Source of the DNA: Novakomyces olei
Taxonomy: Eukaryota
Reading direction: 5' to 3'
NCBI GenBank assembly: GCA_016906335.1
Contig: JADEYG010000003.1
Location: forward strand, 1,116,001 to 1,180,000
DNA: 64,000 bases
The notes beneath the pieces are model-generated. The model was not told the origin of the DNA. It searched no databases and saw only the letters and a list, made by a program, of their open reading frames with translations. Made by a program: the position numbers and the translations under genes. Every line of letters begins with the position of its first letter. Position 1 is the stretch's first letter. This document shows positions 27,158-40,508 of the stretch, one piece after another.

Positions 27158-29153
27158 GTCGGAGAAATGGAGTGCGAAACCCAAAAAGGTATAGTAAGGA
27201 TTACTATATTACACAGCATTACTTGATTTATTTCCATGTTTTAGCGTATTTTTTAGAAGCATTCTGGTGCGTAGAACTCGTCGGCCCCTGGAACATCGGA
27301 TGTGATTTCTTGCAGTGTACGCGAATACACTTGCACTGTTGAATGACGTCTTTTATGTTTAGTCTCTATGCAGTCTGTATCCATATTGACGCTACTGTTG
27401 TATATTTTTATTTAGTATACAGCAAATACAGAATATAATAATCTTTTACGCAATATCTAGCTAGAGGATATTGCGTGGATGGGGCTGGCATCTCTTGGAT
27501 CGCGTTCTTGTCTACAGTAAAAATTACAATCAGCCACGGGGCCCGTAGATTTAATATGTTAATTGCACTGTTTGCTCTTCTAGACTTGAAGGGAATAGCA
27601 GTACCAATATGGGAAGATTAAACAGCAAAAGCATTTAAATAGGAAACGATGAGTCAGCTCAATCTTTATCAGGCCGTAGATGTTTCTTTTTGGTACATCA
27701 TGCCATCTGCTAATTATTTGCGTATCCTTGTGTAACAGTTAGTTTTTGAGGGTAGCTTGCACTAGCATACAGTCTCACTCTAGCTCAAATGCGTGATAGG
27801 ATCGTAGTATGTTTGCGTAATAGCAAAACGTGTCCGATTGCTCATGTGGGCATTTAATGGTAGATATGCTCTACTGGCAATGTAATTCTTGTGACAGCGA
27901 CGCGTGTGGAATGGTTTATTCCGACAGAGCTACTTACTAAGCATGCCTGCTGCAAATACTGAGCAGGCTGCTACAAATAGTGAAGCAGAACTTAAATCTG
28001 TATACATACATCAAACAGTATTAAAGTTTCATTTTTATCTTTATTTTTATAGAAGTTTCTTTTAGTTTTTAGCGCGTATCAGTAAAGTCAGAAATTTTGG
28101 GATCGACGAATTTTAGCGATAAGCAAACTAAGTTATAATCGTTTCTGACGATATTTGAACACTTATCATTGCCATTTACTCATTTAATTCACTGGTCGCA
28201 ACTACGGGACGAGTCGAGCGAGAGCACGTGGTTGGAGTCGTTGGTAGAAAGCAATTGAATTCTGTATCAGGACCTTTTACATGGCACAAACGATTTTTTA
28301 AAGAGCACATAAACCCCGACTTGGATTGTGCAGTATATCGTCCATATATTGATATGATTAAATTACTGAAGCCCTGGCCAATCAAAAGTCTCTATTGAAT
28401 CCATGCTGTCGACGATTAGATAGTAGCATGCAATACGTGTTTGAGCATTTTGCACAATAACCTTTTCACGCGAATTTATGCCAATCTGCTACTCACTGCC
28501 ATTCTCAACAAATCCATCGTCAACCCATTGAAATCAATGCCGATGGTAGCGATTTAGGTGGATAATCATGTTAATTAAACTTTCCCACTAGAGCTAAATC
28601 TGCCAATCACAGCCAAAAAGAAAAATCCCCGTAACTGCATCAATCTATTTGTTTTTTGGTGCTGCAGATATCCAAAGATTCTATCCGTTCGCGACCACAT
28701 GAGCAGGCTACGTAGACATTGGCCATAGCTTACTACTATGAAATTTGTATAAAATCAATCAGGAGTTTTTGTATCAGAAATTCCTGCCACACATGCTCCG
28801 TACAGTCCAGTCTTGTATTGATTAATAATATTATACTGCTGTAAAGTTATACTGTATGTGAAAAGAATTGATTAAATTGATTGAATAACAGCAATCGCCA
28901 TATTGATAGATTTAGCAAGATTGAATTGATTGTACCATTTATTTATTTATATTTATTTATATTTATTCATTGTATGTAAATTAGTATTGATATACTAATC
29001 ACAGTTATTGTATATTATCCTCAAATCTTTTATCATATATGCAACCATCTCGGCAAGGCAGTTTACCACCAATTTAATTGCCTTTTCTTCGCTGCTTGGC
29101 TTTCGTAACGTAGCGCGCAGTCAGCTGACTGCCTCTACTTATCACATGCTTGA

Positions 29154-32100
29154 ATGCAGCTTTCACCAGGATCTGCACTTCCCGCTCGAAGTGTAGAGCC
29201 CTTACAGACGGACACCAAAGATGGGCCGGCAAATTTGGCTGCAGGCGCTCCAAACTCTGCTACAACGCCGGGCGCACAAGTATCAAATAGCGTGGATGCA
29301 CTTGATTTAGCTTCGTCTAGCCGATCCTCGGCTCCCCCCATTGCTTCGAGCTCGGAAAAAGTGACAGTGGCAGATCGGGGATCCAAGACGGACTCGCTCC
29401 AGCCAATACGCCCTAATGCTCTTCCGCTCGACGGACGGTCAAGCCAGACGGATTCAAAAATTGCTTCTGATTCTTTAGCATCACCTTTTGTTCCAAACAA
29501 AATTTCAAAAAACATTGCTTCAACTTTTACTACTACAGCTACCACTACAACGAAAAAGGTATCGGCCGACAGCTCACGGCCACCAAACAAGCAGCCTATG
29601 GGACACGACGCGTACAATGAGCGGGAAAGGTTTTCACGTAAAGCTAGTCAAAGTCTGAATTTATTCAAGGACAGTAAGGCAGCCAGCTCATCGCATACTT
29701 CTACAAAAGAAAAATCAAGCGATTTCATAGCGTCTCATGCTGTCCACCATGTACGCCGGTCGACGCATCATTCTCAAGTCTCTGACGGGCACCATCACAG
29801 CCACAGCCACAGCCATCATCCTCATCATACGCATAACGCTCACTATGGCCAGCAGCATTTTGGCCAGTCTGAGCGTAATCAAAGCCAGCCTGCCAACTCG
29901 GGTCGCCGTTCCCCGAGCGTGTCTCTAAATGATACCCTCTTTTCCTCTCGTGGCAAGACCACACGCACACGCTCTGGTACGGATTCGATACTCCCACCTC
30001 CAGATTTAAAGCGCCATGGTACTCGTCACTATGAGGGTGCCTTTTCTGGATCGGAATCAGACGAAGCTCAGCTGGATGACGACACGCGGGGTCGAGCAAT
30101 GAGTGAGCAGCGGACTGGCAAAGCATTCGACCGGAAAAGTTTATCAAGCAAGAGCCGAGGCAGTATAGAAAGCGACCGTTTTTACAGCAGTAGCAGTCAT
30201 CACGGCTCAGGCCATTCAACTGACTCGGATGAATACGATCATTGTGCAGGGTCGGATGAGAACTATGAAAGCTCCGACGGTTTCGATCGTGGCCGACACG
30301 ATGAAGTAGACGAAGACGAAGAGGAAGATGACGATGATAGTGTTAATGAGATGGAATTGCTTTCTTATCCGCCTTCGACAGAGATTGTGGGCCGGACTGT
30401 GCCTGGGTCTGGAAATGCTGGATCTAGTGGAGCAAGCAGCGGTAGTTCAGCCAGTGATGGAGGAGCAAAAACTGCGATAACTACGACTACTACGACAACA
30501 GCGACTTATATTCCTCGACGGTCAGAGACGCCTTCACGAAGACTGGCTCAGCGACCATCTAGCGCTGCCCACACTTCTTCACGCACCAAAACGCCAGGAT
30601 CTGGAAGTGGAGCCTTTCAGAACAAACGACCACTCTCACCCCCACCTGCTTTGCAGCTGCCCCCACCCTCTCAGGAGATTACGCCACCTTCGCTAGTGCA
30701 AAGACCGATTTCATCGTTACAGGCTCCGCAATCGTCCACTGCAGCGCCGCCCTTCTTTGCTTCTGGGAATGTGGAAAAGGGCCAGCCGGATACTCGGTCA
30801 TTGGGGTACCCTTCGACTGCTTCTCATGCTACATACTCCTCGCAGTCCTCGGCATTTTCGTCTTCACCTTCATCATCCTCTTCTTCTGACTCGGACGTTG
30901 AGTCTTCCATCTCGTCGCAGTCCACCCGCTCCGTCTCCTCAGGTATCGCGTCAGAATTGTCTACCTTCTCACGATCTACCGCCAGAATTGGCGATGACAA
31001 CGGTAGCGCAGACCATGATAATTTATCACGCGCCTCTTCTCGACACAAGCGGGGGATTAATAAGGCGTCTACTCGATCTAAAAGCCAAAGAAAACAAAAT
31101 GATCGCGTAAAACGTCACAGTAGAGTCCCGGGTGTTGTAGAGCTAAAGTGAGTTTATATATATAATATTTATTATATTACTATTTTATTATTTATTATTT
31201 ATTATTTATTATTTATTATTTATTATTTATTATTTATTATTTATTATTTATTATTTATTATTTATTATTTATTATTTATTTACTAATGTGGCAGACCATT
31301 TGTGCATCAAGTTGGTGGGCATACGGCTTTTTTCAGGTTTAGCAAACGCGCTGTTTGCAAACCCGTCGTGCAACGGGAGAACGAGTTTTATGAGCATGTG
31401 GAAACACGGCATCCAGAGCTCTTGTCCTTTGTGCCTCGTTATATCGGGGTTTTAAACGTAACGCACAAGGAAGTTGATAGAGAAGTGCCGTCGAATGCTA
31501 TAACTCCAGAGGAGACTACACTGCGGGTTCCAACAGGCGACGGTGAACCAAATTTAGCCGCAGATCAGACTAAAATTGGCCAGCAAGAGCAAGGAGCAAG
31601 TACGCAGCTCAATGTAGCTGATGAAGAAGCCAAGCAAATACGACAATCTCAGTCCAGTCTCCCGCCTCAACGGACCCGTCCACGAAGCAGCGATGGCCCT
31701 GTCGGTCGGACAGCAGCATCCTCGCCGAGAAACGGTCGGGAATCGACTCCCATGTCGATGCCACTTCCTGAAGTCTCCTTTGAACAAAACAAACATATAT
31801 TCCCACATTGGATGCTTGCAGACGACGGCAACAGGTTACACCGTCGTCGAAGGCCGTCCAAGCCAGCGCTTGAAGAGAGCACTCCGACTGCCAGATCACC
31901 GTCGCCTAGCGTAATCAATGTCTCCAACGCTAATAGTCCCAATGCTAATGCACACATGATGGAAAATCCTCAAAATACCCCCGATAATGCGACAGAAACG
32001 ACGGGCAACAGCCCCATAAGCAGTGGCAACGTTTCGTGGGGGGCAACGCTGGTCAACAGAAAGCTGCAGGAACAAGTTTTGCGTGAAGTGTTTGCTCCAC

Positions 32101-34109
32101 GACGATCTTCCGATAGGCAAGTCAGGAGACGTCAGCGGAGATCACGTTTCCAATCAGAACAACCGCGGTCCCCTGCGGCACGGGAAAATGATGATAACAA
32201 TGAAAAGGGAACTGATGTACCAGCATCAGCAGCAATCCCTTTTAAAAGCACAAACAGGAGCAGCGACTTGTTAGACAGAGCTCACCCGCTTTACAGTCGA
32301 CAGGACAGACACCACGGAGGCAGTTTTCGTGGAGAGAATGAAGAAGATTATGACGATGAAGACGACGACGACGATGAAGAAGAGGAGGAGTATGGAGGTC
32401 ATCGCCAAAAGTCTGCTTCATCACATCCAAACTCTTACTCTGGGGCGTTTGACAGTCATCGGCTCGGCTCTTCTGTGGAAACGCTGAGAGCCTCTTCGCA
32501 GAGACGAGCAGGGCAGTTTGAAGGCGAGTTTGCTGACGAAGAAGAAGAAGCGAGCAGTCGTCGACCGAGCTCAGTTTCGAGGCGAGGGCTGCGGCAAAGC
32601 TACCTGCACAGGTCAACATCGGCTGGAGTCCTAACGTCGAGGTCTTTGAGTAGCCATTCACACGATCACGGGGCCCAAGGGGACGCGTCGGGCGATGAGG
32701 GTGTAGCTGTCGGTGGCGGCCAAGAAGAAGATGATGAAAATGGACAAGAGGACGCACAAAAAGCAGTCCAAGACGAAAGAGACGATGACGTGTTCCATAT
32801 GGACGACAGTTTCCGTGTCTGCGAACCTTCAATCAGAGATCAAGTGCTGCCTAAAACGAAGCCTGTGCAAGAGTCGGGTGAGAAGATAAGCTGGGCCGAA
32901 AGATGTATGGAACGTGCGCTTAAAACCGGTCAGTCTGACCATAAATCCGGAGGAGCAGCTATGAATTCTACTGCGGGCGACACTAAAGCAGCAGACAGTA
33001 GCGGTATTGGCGGTACGCAAACGACAATGCTGAGTGACGGTGGAGTAGTCCGAACGCGTATTGAACGGTTCATTCTTATTGAGGATTTAACCAGTGGAAT
33101 GCGTAACCCCTGTGTGCTTGATCTCAAGATGGGAACAAGGCAATACGGCGTTAATGCGACGGATAAGAAACGGGCTTCTCAGCGTCGGAAGTGTGCAATG
33201 ACAACTTCACGCTCCCTCGGCGTCCGAATTTGCGGTATGCAAGTGTGGAACAGGAAGGAGGAACGGTATATATTTGAAGACAAGTATAAGGGTCGGGATA
33301 TTAAAGCCGGAGCAGAGTTCCAGGATGCTCTTATGCGGTTTCTGTTCACTGGCCTGACCTTCCAGAATGGTGAAAAGCGGTACCTCGTCAACTATATTCC
33401 TCAAATCCTTAATAAATTATTGGAACTAGAGCATATAATCTACAGCTTAAAGGGCTACCGCTTTTACGCGTCTAGTCTACTCTTCTTGTACGACGGAGAA
33501 GGCGAGCCTGCAGTGCCTTTTTACTCAAAACCTCGACGTCGGCACCGTCACAGTTCTGTTTCCCGTCAGCAAGACATCCGTCATCATCATGACCACAAAC
33601 ACCATGACCACAAACATCACCATCACCATCGTCAAAAAAGCCATTGCCTTGATTGCAACGAAACGAATGAACGGGGCAATCATATTGACATAAAAATTGT
33701 CGATTTTGCACATACAGTTATGGGTGAAGACGCGTTGCCGCCAGACACGCCCTGCCCTCCTCAGCACCCAGACACGGCTGATTTTGGGTACCTGCAAGGC
33801 CTGAGATCACTAAGGCTCTATTTTAAACGGATCTGGAACGAGCACAAGAACGATGAGCTGCGGTACGGCAGTGAGGGAGGACTTGGAAGTGGAAATAATA
33901 GCAGTGGAAGAACTGGGCCTGGTAGCACGAGTTCTGGAAGCAACACGAGCACAGTCACGGGGGCTGGTGGAACCGGAGGAAGAGGCAATAGTGGCCGAGA
34001 GTTTGGGTACGGGGAGGAGAGTTCTTACTGGGATACCATGGGCGAGTGCTGGAACTCTGTCCCGCTATCCCCGGAACTAAGTATTAGTTCTGATGAGGTT
34101 TCCACGTGA
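29154..34109 (+). CDS. KCS1: Inositol hexakisphosphate kinase Kcs1
   Basis: [13 protein letters not shown] across intron 31148-31294. Motifs [41 protein letters not shown] and KIVDFAH. Confidence 0.92.
31180..31281. repeat. (TTATTTA)n-type array in the KCS1 intron
   Basis: Visible AT-only tandem array. Confidence 0.85.
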
Positions 34110-35476
34110 TAGCGAAAAATAATTGCGAGGTATTATAATTATCGGGAAATATGATTACCTGAGATTATTGATCAATCAAAAGTTGGCAATGTATCATCAT
34201 CCAATGAAAGAGACGTCTGACCGAATCTCTTCGCGCGGGCACTATCATTTTCGTTACAAGGCCTTTTGCAACAACGTAATGGCAAATTGGTTGCTTTGTC
34301 TACGTTCAAAGACATTAAATGCTTTTATTTATTCGTCTATGAACTAGCATTGTTGATTATCAAGCTTGTTTTTGGAGTTTTGGAGATAAACACTTTCCCC
34401 TTTCTTTTTCGATTTTTTGACAATATCATTCATAGTTTTTTATTATTTGCTTGTTATTTGCTTTTTTCTTTTTCTTTTATTTCTGATTTGTGAATATAGG
34501 CGAGTGGACAAGAGACTTTGTTGCGTTGGTCTTTTTGCTTGATTGCTAATAGATGTGTAATATACTTTTATTCTATTTTGCTTGGAGAGTCATCCATTGG
34601 CCGCTTGTAATAGACTACTCTACCTTGGTTTTGAAAACTTACGGAGATGCAAGAATCTGTGGCATGGCGCGCTGGCTGTATTGCCAGCGCAAAAAATCCA
34701 GACCAGGCTTCTCGTCGCCTGGAGCGACGGGCGTAAGCTTTTCCTCCGGATCATGGAATCGTATAAAGTTGCGCACAACCCTGTAAGCAACGTACCGTAC
34801 CGGTGTACAAAGCTTGAACCTGACGAATAGCTCATAGAACGTACAAAGTCTTGCCAAAATATACAATAAAATTGTAAGGAAATAAGCGGAGGATAGCTGG
34901 TAGTGTTTGAGGATGAGAAATTAAGCTTATAAAGTGGCAGAGTAAAGGACAAAAGATGAATGGCTGGCGGAAAAATGATTACAAAAAGCTGTGTGATTGT
35001 GCGATCAAACAGTTGTGCAATCGTCAATTTAAAGCAAGTGCATAGTAGTATGAAAAATTAGAGTTAGTTGGTAGTTGCAACGACTATACAAAGGCAACCT
35101 GACAATAACCCCTGGCAATATAACCCTGACTATTGATATAGCGGACTGCGTTGCCCTTGAGGACAGATTGATACTATTCCGAACTCAAGCGATCAACGAG
35201 GCAATGTTAATTTGAAGGATATAACGAACAAAGAGAGTAGCAAGCAAGGATACTAACGAGCAAGTAGAGTAGCGAATAGGAAGGATAACGAACAGAGAGA
35301 ATCAGCCTGCCATTAGTGGGACAAGCCTTCAAAGTCGTAGGAAAGGAACTGTACAAAGCACTTGGAATCTTTCAGCAGCTTGAGAAAGGGTAATTAAACA
35401 AGATAAAAGGACTGGACCGAGGAGAAATCGCCGCTAAATACGAAAACAGCCGAAAACAAATTGCATCTTAATTTCC

Positions 35477-36271
35477 TTAAATTTGCGCTTTAAACTGCAA
35501 AAACTGCTGAAACTCTTGGCGTGAAAGACGTAGCACTACCTCGTTCGTGTTTGAATGGCTATGATCCTCCCGATTCTCAATCATACTCGGTTCCGTACCC
35601 GCCAAAGAATGCCTTTGCAAATACTGTTTCAATCGAGACTGGTGTGGAAGCTGTTCAATCCGACTAGACGTTTTTGGCAGTTTTTGTTGTATAGACTGTT
35701 GTTTTGTGCCAGAAAGTAAACCTTTGCCCTGCGACACTTTTTCCTCTTGAAAGCAGCTTGATCCTGGCAGAGTCTTGTACTCAGCATAACCGTTTCGAAT
35801 ATCCAACAGCCCGATTTCATTCTCCAGAACTAGTGTCTTTTCCGAGTATTTAAGAGGCCGATCATTCTGCCTTTTTTTCTTTTGGCACTGATCGTTTGCC
35901 GTTGTTTGCGATTCAATTGCAGCTGAGCTTGCACTGGCTTTGCTCACTTTATATCCAGCAGCCACCCAGTCGGCACTTATAGTCTTTGCAAACGACTGAT
36001 GAGCCTTACTCATTGCCTTTGGAGCCCATTTGGAGGCCTCCAATCCATTAGATTTTTTTGCAACAAGAGTACTGTCCTCCTTTGCCCGACACGGTCTTGA
36101 TGGAAAGGCAGCAGAGGCCTGCTTGTGACTTGCGATCCCATACCGATCCAAAGTTCCCCAGAAAGGTGTGTTTGGACCAGGATTCAGAGCCTTGCAAGCC
36201 ATTGACTTTAAGTCTTGAGTTGTATATTTTTTTCTGTCAATGCAAACAGCTGTATCCGGAGCAGAAGACAT
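35477..36271 (-). CDS. Hypothetical protein, about 264 aa
   Basis: Long ORF with ATG at 36271 in an otherwise gene-free interval. No recognised domain. Confidence 0.55.
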   Translation of the reverse strand: MSSAPDTAVCIDRKKYTTQDLKSMACKALNPGPNTPFWGTLDRYGIASHKQASAAFPSRPCRAKEDSTLVAKKSNGLEASKWAPKAMSKAHQSFAKTISADWVAAGYKVSKASASSAAIESQTTANDQCQKKKRQNDRPLKYSEKTLVLENEIGLLDIRNGYAEYKTLPGSSCFQEEKVSQGKGLLSGTKQQSIQQKLPKTSSRIEQLPHQSRLKQYLQRHSLAGTEPSMIENREDHSHSNTNEVVLRLSRQEFQQFLQFKAQI

Positions 36272-37399
36272 CTTTTGACCAGGTGCTTGTGAGATCCGCT
36301 TCACAAGCTTTTATGATATCAAATCTAGATTTGAATCGAATTTCTTTTATTTTATTTATTTCGAACCGACTGCCAGTTTTGTCCCTGAGAAAAAGCGGAG
36401 AGTGGGGATAGGGGGAAAGCAAGCTTTCGAGCTACAGCGAAATTTTATTTATTTCGGACTTGCAAGAATGGTAGCAAGCAGCAAAAGTACAGTAATATTG
36501 ATTAAACAGACAGCCAATAAATGACAAATACATGGCAAAACAAGCAAAAGGTTATGTACAAAAGATAGAGCTACAAAGCTGAACGAACGGTTTCAATACT
36601 GTTGATACTGATGCGCGAAACCAATGGAAAGATATCAAAGCGAGATTTCATATAAGGGTATAAGCCAATGGCCAAATATTTAATCGCCTCCACGTTTATT
36701 TAATGCCATTTTTTCCTATTCACCAAGGGCACGTTTAAGACGAATGCAAAGGGAATAAATGCAACGGGAATAGTTACAAAAAAAATAAGAGCCAATAGCC
36801 AGAAACCGGCAGAGCTGGATTTTCATAGCTCTGACATAATTGTTCGAGACAAAAGCTGAAAGCAGAGCCAGAAACTATATTTCAATCCTTTGGTTCAGCG
36901 TATCATCAAAACGCAACAATGCAGCTTCAAACACAAGAGCAATCATCAAGCAAACAGCATCGTGACCTTGTTTAGCTTAAAAGGGTCGAAAAAAATTTAA
37001 CAAGAATATCTTGCCATCAAAATAGACGAGACATTAAAAGACAATTTGCCTGGACGAACGGTCTTGTCCGTGTCCCTTTCAATATTGCTACGTGGAAGAT
37101 ATAGATCGCGTACACATATTGGAAGCTCCAAAGTACGCGATAGCGAGAAGTATAGATATATATGAACTGAAATTATATGCAGTGAACATACAAAATAAAA
37201 TAAATCTGAATAGAATAAATCTGAATAAAATACATCGAATTTTTAAAAAGCGAAGTGACATCAAATTAACATATTAAACCAAGCTTAAACCGATAAGCCA
37301 ATCTCGACAACTGAAAAAGATTAAGTCAGAAAGAAAAAATATAGAAAACTAAAACACAAAGACCGATTGCCACAGTTTTACGGTGACGACTTGCACGAC

Positions 37400-39508
37400 A
37401 TGCCGTCAGCAATTTTAGATGCGCGGCAAAGACGGCCTCCAAAACAAGGCTTTAAGGATTATGTCCCTCAGTCAGAACTAGACGAGGCCTTGCGGCAAAA
37501 AGATGTCAGTAATGTGCCTCGTAAAAAGCGAAAAACGTCTTCCGTTGAAAACGATTTGGAATGGCACGAAGTTGATATGCCTGATTTTATGGGCCACGAT
37601 ATGGAGGGATTCATGGGGTTAGAAGAAGTGAAAGGCGTGGATGTAGAGTATGAAAACGCTGGCAGTGCTCGTATCATACGATACAAGGTAAGAAGAATGC
37701 GCGTTTGTAGAATTACATTAAAATTGCAGAAAGTACCAGTCGGCGCACAAACCGGTTCGGTCAGTGACGGAGCTCAATCGCAAAAGAAAAGAATTAAATC
37801 AAAAGGCCAAGAGAAGCATGAAAAGGCCGGAACAGTTAAAAGCAAGGAACAAGCCAAAAATAAAGGCAGTCCAGCGGATGCGAAAGAGGCTGATCAACTC
37901 AATAAAAATGGAGCCGCAGCTAAATCCAGCAAGGAGCAAAAGCCGACTTCATCTTTTGACAAAACGATTGCCTTGAAGCAGTCTGGTAGCGGCGAAAATC
38001 CGTTTGCAGGTCTATCGGCCATGGATGATATTGATCTACCCGCCTGGGCAGATTTCAAACTATCCGTGCAAGTGCTCTCTGCTCTCAGTGAGATGGGATT
38101 CGAGTCGCCGACGCCGATTCAAAGCATGGCTATACCTGAAATCATGCAAGAATCTGATATAGTGGGCAAAGCAGCCACTGGCTCAGGCAAGACTCTGGCT
38201 TTCGGTATTCCTTTGGTGGAAAAACTATTAAAAGTCAGGGGCGAACAGAGCGGTCAGACCCGTACGATTTTCGCGCTTGTGCTGGCACCGACTCGGGAAC
38301 TGGCAAAGCAAATCCAGCAGCACATAAGTGCAGTTGCTCAAAATACAGACATCTCTATAATGACTGCCACTGGTGGACTGGCCATCGAAAAGCAAAAAAG
38401 AATCCTGGCACAAGCACCAGACATTGTAGTGGCAACGCCAGGCCGGCTGTGGGAGCTGGCTTCCTCGGGCCAAGGCACGCTTGAGATGCTTCAGGGCATA
38501 AGGTACCTTGTCTTAGACGAAGCAGATAGATTGCTGCAAAAGGGCCATTTCGACGAAATAAAGGAACTCGTCGGTGCTCTCAAGCATTCAACTGCATCGC
38601 AAAGAAAAGCACGTCAAACAATAGTTTTTTCAGCAACATTCTCAGAACATCTTCAGGTTAATTTACACAAGAATCGTGCTGCTCTCAGGGACAAATCCAT
38701 CGACGGCCCTGCGTCTGATGCGCTGAGCATGCTACTTAAACAACTGGATTTTAGGCGTGACCCTCTTTTCCTCGATGCTGATCCGGACAAGGCAGTAGCA
38801 TCGCGGGTCCACGAGGCCATAATTGAATGTGAAAAACGGGAAAAGGATTTGATTTTGTACTATTTTTTGCTACGCTTCCGTGCTAGAACTCTAGTATTTT
38901 GCAATAATGTGGATGATGCGAAAAGACTGTCTCCCTTGCTCACAAATTTAGGGCTCCCTGCTTACGCTTTGCATGCCCAATTAATTCAGAAAAAGCGATT
39001 ACAAACATTGGAAAAGTTTCGTAAGGAAAACGCTATCGTTGTTGCTACAGACGTGGCTGCTCGTGGACTGGATATTCCGCAAATTGACCATGTTGTTCAT
39101 TACAATGTACCCCATACGTCGGACGTCTACGTACACAGATCTGGCCGTACTGCCCGTGGATCTAATCAGGGGGTGTCCTTACTCATGATTGCCCCAAATG
39201 AACAGGCTAACTTCAAACGAATGCTGGCAAAATTGAAGAAAACATTGAACGATTTTTCGCATTTCACAGTGGACACTCAGCTCTCTGATCAACTGCGGCC
39301 TCGTGTTCGACTAGCAAAGAGTATCGTGGAGGCCACTCGGGATTCGGGCAAACGTGGGCGTGAAGAACGGTGGGTTAAGGAGTTTGCTGACGATTTGGGT
39401 GTTGACCTTGACGAGGTTAATCTTGAAGAGTATGCCGAATGATTTATTTGTTTATTTAAATTTTAATCTTGTTGTTCGCTTCAATTTCATTTCGACTCTG
39501 TTTTCTTT

Positions 39509-39543
<35 letters not shown>

Positions 39544-39853
39544 ATTATTTTCATTTAGTCTTCGAATCGTGCCTTGCTTTGCATCTGTTGCGCTCCCTTT
39601 ACTCACTTTTAGCCCCCGCAAGAAAAAGCCAAGCACAAATACCCCTCCTACGAACTCGGCACAATTAGGAATATGGCAATCAGAGCTTTCGCGATTGCTA
39701 AAGCAGCCGATAAGATCGCGATTCAGTGCCAAGTACTTGACTAGTGGTGCGACAAACATGGCTCAGGCTTTATTAGAAGGTCGCAGTCACGAGAATTTTC
39801 TGGGATCAGATCGGGCATCTGCGCTAGAAAGCTTGGGACGCAAGAAGCAATAG
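37400..39853 (+). CDS. MAK5: DEAD-box RNA helicase Mak5 (DDX24)
   Basis: Motifs GFMGLEEVKGV, AATGSGKT, LVLDEADRLLQKGHF, FSATF, HRSGRTAR and C-terminal ELSRLLKQPI...SAKYLTSG. Introns at 37688-37729 and 39430-39612. Confidence 0.9.
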
Positions 39854-40508
39854 ATTTATTAGAAAGTTTCCCCTGGAATGGATTGATTTGCATTTGTTCT
39901 TTGCTGTGTGTATATGCTCCTCCTCGTAATATTTAAAAGCCGGCTCATTGCTTCTTGAAGAATTGTATATAACAAATGATTGTACCAGCAAAAGTCCTGA
40001 ATAGTTCATCCTCGAGATTGACATAGACAGCTATACTGTAATTAATCAATTTAATACAATAGAGCAATTATGATTTTTAGACCAAAATAATTCATCCGTA
40101 ATTAAAGATATTTGATTTAAATTGGAACTAGCTGAATAAAGTACCCGTCATTGCAATCGGCATTTTGTGTAAACCAATTACTGTGCTTATCAGATTTGAT
40201 TTTAACCCTAAACCTAACTCGCGGCTACATCAATTACTTCAAAGACCGCCATGATATTATATTTATAGGGTCAATATAGCGACTATTCAAACCAATAACA
40301 AGGCTGGAACAGTTCATGAGCCAAGTACCCGGCAATTGACGTATCAGAAGCCTTGCTCTTGTGCGCCAGCAAAAGGCAATTATTGAAGGTAGAGAAGATT
40401 CAAACCTGACTCAGACTTTGTCAGATACATCTTTCTTTTTGCCCTTTTTTTCCGGACCAATTACGCTTCTAAAGCCAGTGTGGCTAAGGGGCCAATTCGA
40501 AACACTCG

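Noticed and set aside
26640-29150. Hidden gene in the 2.5-kb ALDH-KCS1 spacer
   Set aside because: Only short motif-less ORFs and no consistent exon chain. Likely a divergent promoter region.
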